This document shows positions 30,698 to 32,000 of a stretch of 32,000 nt of DNA, piece by piece. The DNA comes from a cyanobacterium endosymbiont of Epithemia turgida isolate EtSB Lake Yunoko. Lineage in GTDB: Bacteria; Cyanobacteriota; Cyanobacteriia; Cyanobacteriales; Microcystaceae. Under the pieces are notes generated by a model that worked only from the letters and a program-made list of their open reading frames with translations, did no database searches and was not told the origin of the DNA. How positions within the stretch are numbered: position 1 is the stretch's first letter; each line of letters starts with the position of its first letter. The translations under genes and the position numbers were made by a program. The stretch lies in assembly GCF_000829235.1 (NCBI RefSeq), contig NZ_AP012549.1:30001-62000 (forward strand), read 5' to 3'.

Positions 30698-32000
30698 ATG
30701 ACGAATAATCCTCCAAATTCACCACTAAAACCGTCTAATAAAAATAATTTGCTAACTAGATTAACTAGTTTTGCTAGGCGGCCTTCTACCCTGATAATGG
30801 GTGGAATGTTGTTAATGTTGGGGATAACAACCTATTGTGGGATCAATTATTTCGTCTGTCAAAAACTATCACCTCTCCTTTCTAAAGAATTAAGTAAACT
30901 TGTTGAAAGGGAAGTTAAAATAGGTAAAGTAGAAAGCTTTTCTTTTAATAAAATTAGTGTTGGACGTTCTTATATTCTCACCACTGAGACGGATACAGAT
31001 TATGCTGAAGCTGCAAAAATTGTCATCAGTTTTAATCCACTGCCCATCTTTATTGGTAGACCTTTAATTATTGATATTACTATCAAAAAATCTAATTTTT
31101 TTATCGAACAAAATAAAACAGGAGAATGGGTTAAATTTTCCAGAAATAAAGAAAAATTAGAACTCAATTTTCCAATTAATATTGACGCTAAGATTCGTCT
31201 CAAAGATGCAGACATTATGGTCCATCCTTACGGGTTTAAAAAATCTTTATCGCTTAAAGTAGATGGGAAAACAGATTATAATTATAAGTCCAATGACAAT
31301 CAACAATTTAGTTATGCTTTTGAGGTTAATCTTCTCAATAGTGAGATTAATATAGAAGGAAAAACCAATATTAATAGTTGGAAAACTCAAGTACAATTAC
31401 AGGTTTATAAATTGGAGTTATCCGAACTAGTTTCTTGGATTTCTGATTTACCTATTATCATTAAAAATGGGCAATTAAATAGTAATCTAAAATTTTATTT
31501 TCCTTCTTTAGAAGAAATAGAAAAAATTACAGGGTTAGGAGTATTTAATATTTCTACTATTGAAGCAAATATTAAATACTTAAAAACTCCCCTCAAAGTT
31601 GACTTGGGTTTAGATTTTCAAGAAAAAACTGTTAAATTACAAAAGACAGAAATTAGTATAGGAAAATTAATTGCCAAAATTACTGGAAGAATTAATTGGG
31701 ACCAAGGTTATAATGTTAACATTGATATTAATCCAGTTTCTCTAAAAGATTTACTTGCTATTGTTCCTCTAAAGTTGCCTCTCGAACTAAAGGGAGAAAT
31801 TCAAGGAAAATTTAGACTTAATGGGGAAATTAAAAATCCTATTTTGACTGGAACAATTAAAAATACAAAACTTCTGCTAATCGATCAGGTTATTATTAAG
31901 ACATTTACGAGTAATTTTAAAGCTAATTTATATCACTTTATCCTCGAAAAAGTTAGAATTATTCCTGCTGCCGGGGGAGAAATTATAGCTAGAGCAAAAG
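30698..32000 (+). CDS. TamB/AsmA-like (translocation and assembly module) envelope protein, 3'-partial
   Basis: It is not in the ORF track because it runs off the window. I translated 434 codons from ATG 30698 to base 31999 with no stop. It has an N-terminal anchor helix (LIMGGMLLMLGITTYCGINYF) followed by beta-rich repetitive sequence with LNGEIKNPILTGTIKNTKL-type motifs, as in cyanobacterial TamB-like proteins. The family assignment is by resemblance. Confidence 0.7.
   Translation, partial: MTNNPPNSPLKPSNKNNLLTRLTSFARRPSTLIMGGMLLMLGITTYCGINYFVCQKLSPLLSKELSKLVEREVKIGKVESFSFNKISVGRSYILTTETDTDYAEAAKIVISFNPLPIFIGRPLIIDITIKKSNFFIEQNKTGEWVKFSRNKEKLELNFPINIDAKIRLKDADIMVHPYGFKKSLSLKVDGKTDYNYKSNDNQQFSYAFEVNLLNSEINIEGKTNINSWKTQVQLQVYKLELSELVSWISDLPIIIKNGQLNSNLKFYFPSLEEIEKITGLGVFNISTIEANIKYLKTPLKVDLGLDFQEKTVKLQKTEISIGKLIAKITGRINWDQGYNVNIDINPVSLKDLLAIVPLKLPLELKGEIQGKFRLNGEIKNPILTGTIKNTKLLLIDQVIIKTFTSNFKANLYHFILEKVRIIPAAGGEIIARAK

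Overview
The window looks like a low-GC cyanobacterial chromosome segment. Support: the protein set, two HIP1 octamers (GCGATCGC at 18426-18433 and 23554-23561), and a tRNA gene with no encoded CCA. I call 16 apparently intact CDS: GH38 alpha-mannosidase, HPF/LrtA, LipB, a Hanks Ser/Thr kinase, an LCP-family protein, a ComEA-like HhH protein, a GH13 alpha-glucosidase, a HAD hydrolase, a 643-aa membrane-anchored repeat protein, a small conserved protein, DnaN, a Cu(I) P1B-ATPase, a 115-aa hypothetical, HolB, a cupin, and a 3'-truncated TamB-like ORF that the ORF track omits. There is also one tRNA-Leu(UAG). By my coordinates intact coding sequence covers only about 59% of the window. The genes are separated by eight ORF-free, AT-rich tracts of 0.8-3 kb. 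In these tracts I can read three dead genes: an IS630-type transposase, an IS982-like transposase and an amino-acid ABC-transporter binding protein. There are also two shorter unidentifiable remnants. I see no CRISPR array, defence or toxin operon, biosynthetic cluster or other multi-gene novel system, and I do not want to invent one. The main signal is genome decay of the kind known from obligate, reduced-genome cyanobacterial endosymbionts related to Cyanothece/Crocosphaera. That reading is an inference, not a database result. Items worth a second look: a ~2-kb extremely AT-rich ORF-free tract carrying a 42-bp perfect palindrome and phased T-tracts; a near-perfect 7 x 24-bp tandem repeat inside the kinase gene; a dnaN gene with no DnaA-box cluster upstream; and a recently inactivated solute-binding protein gene.
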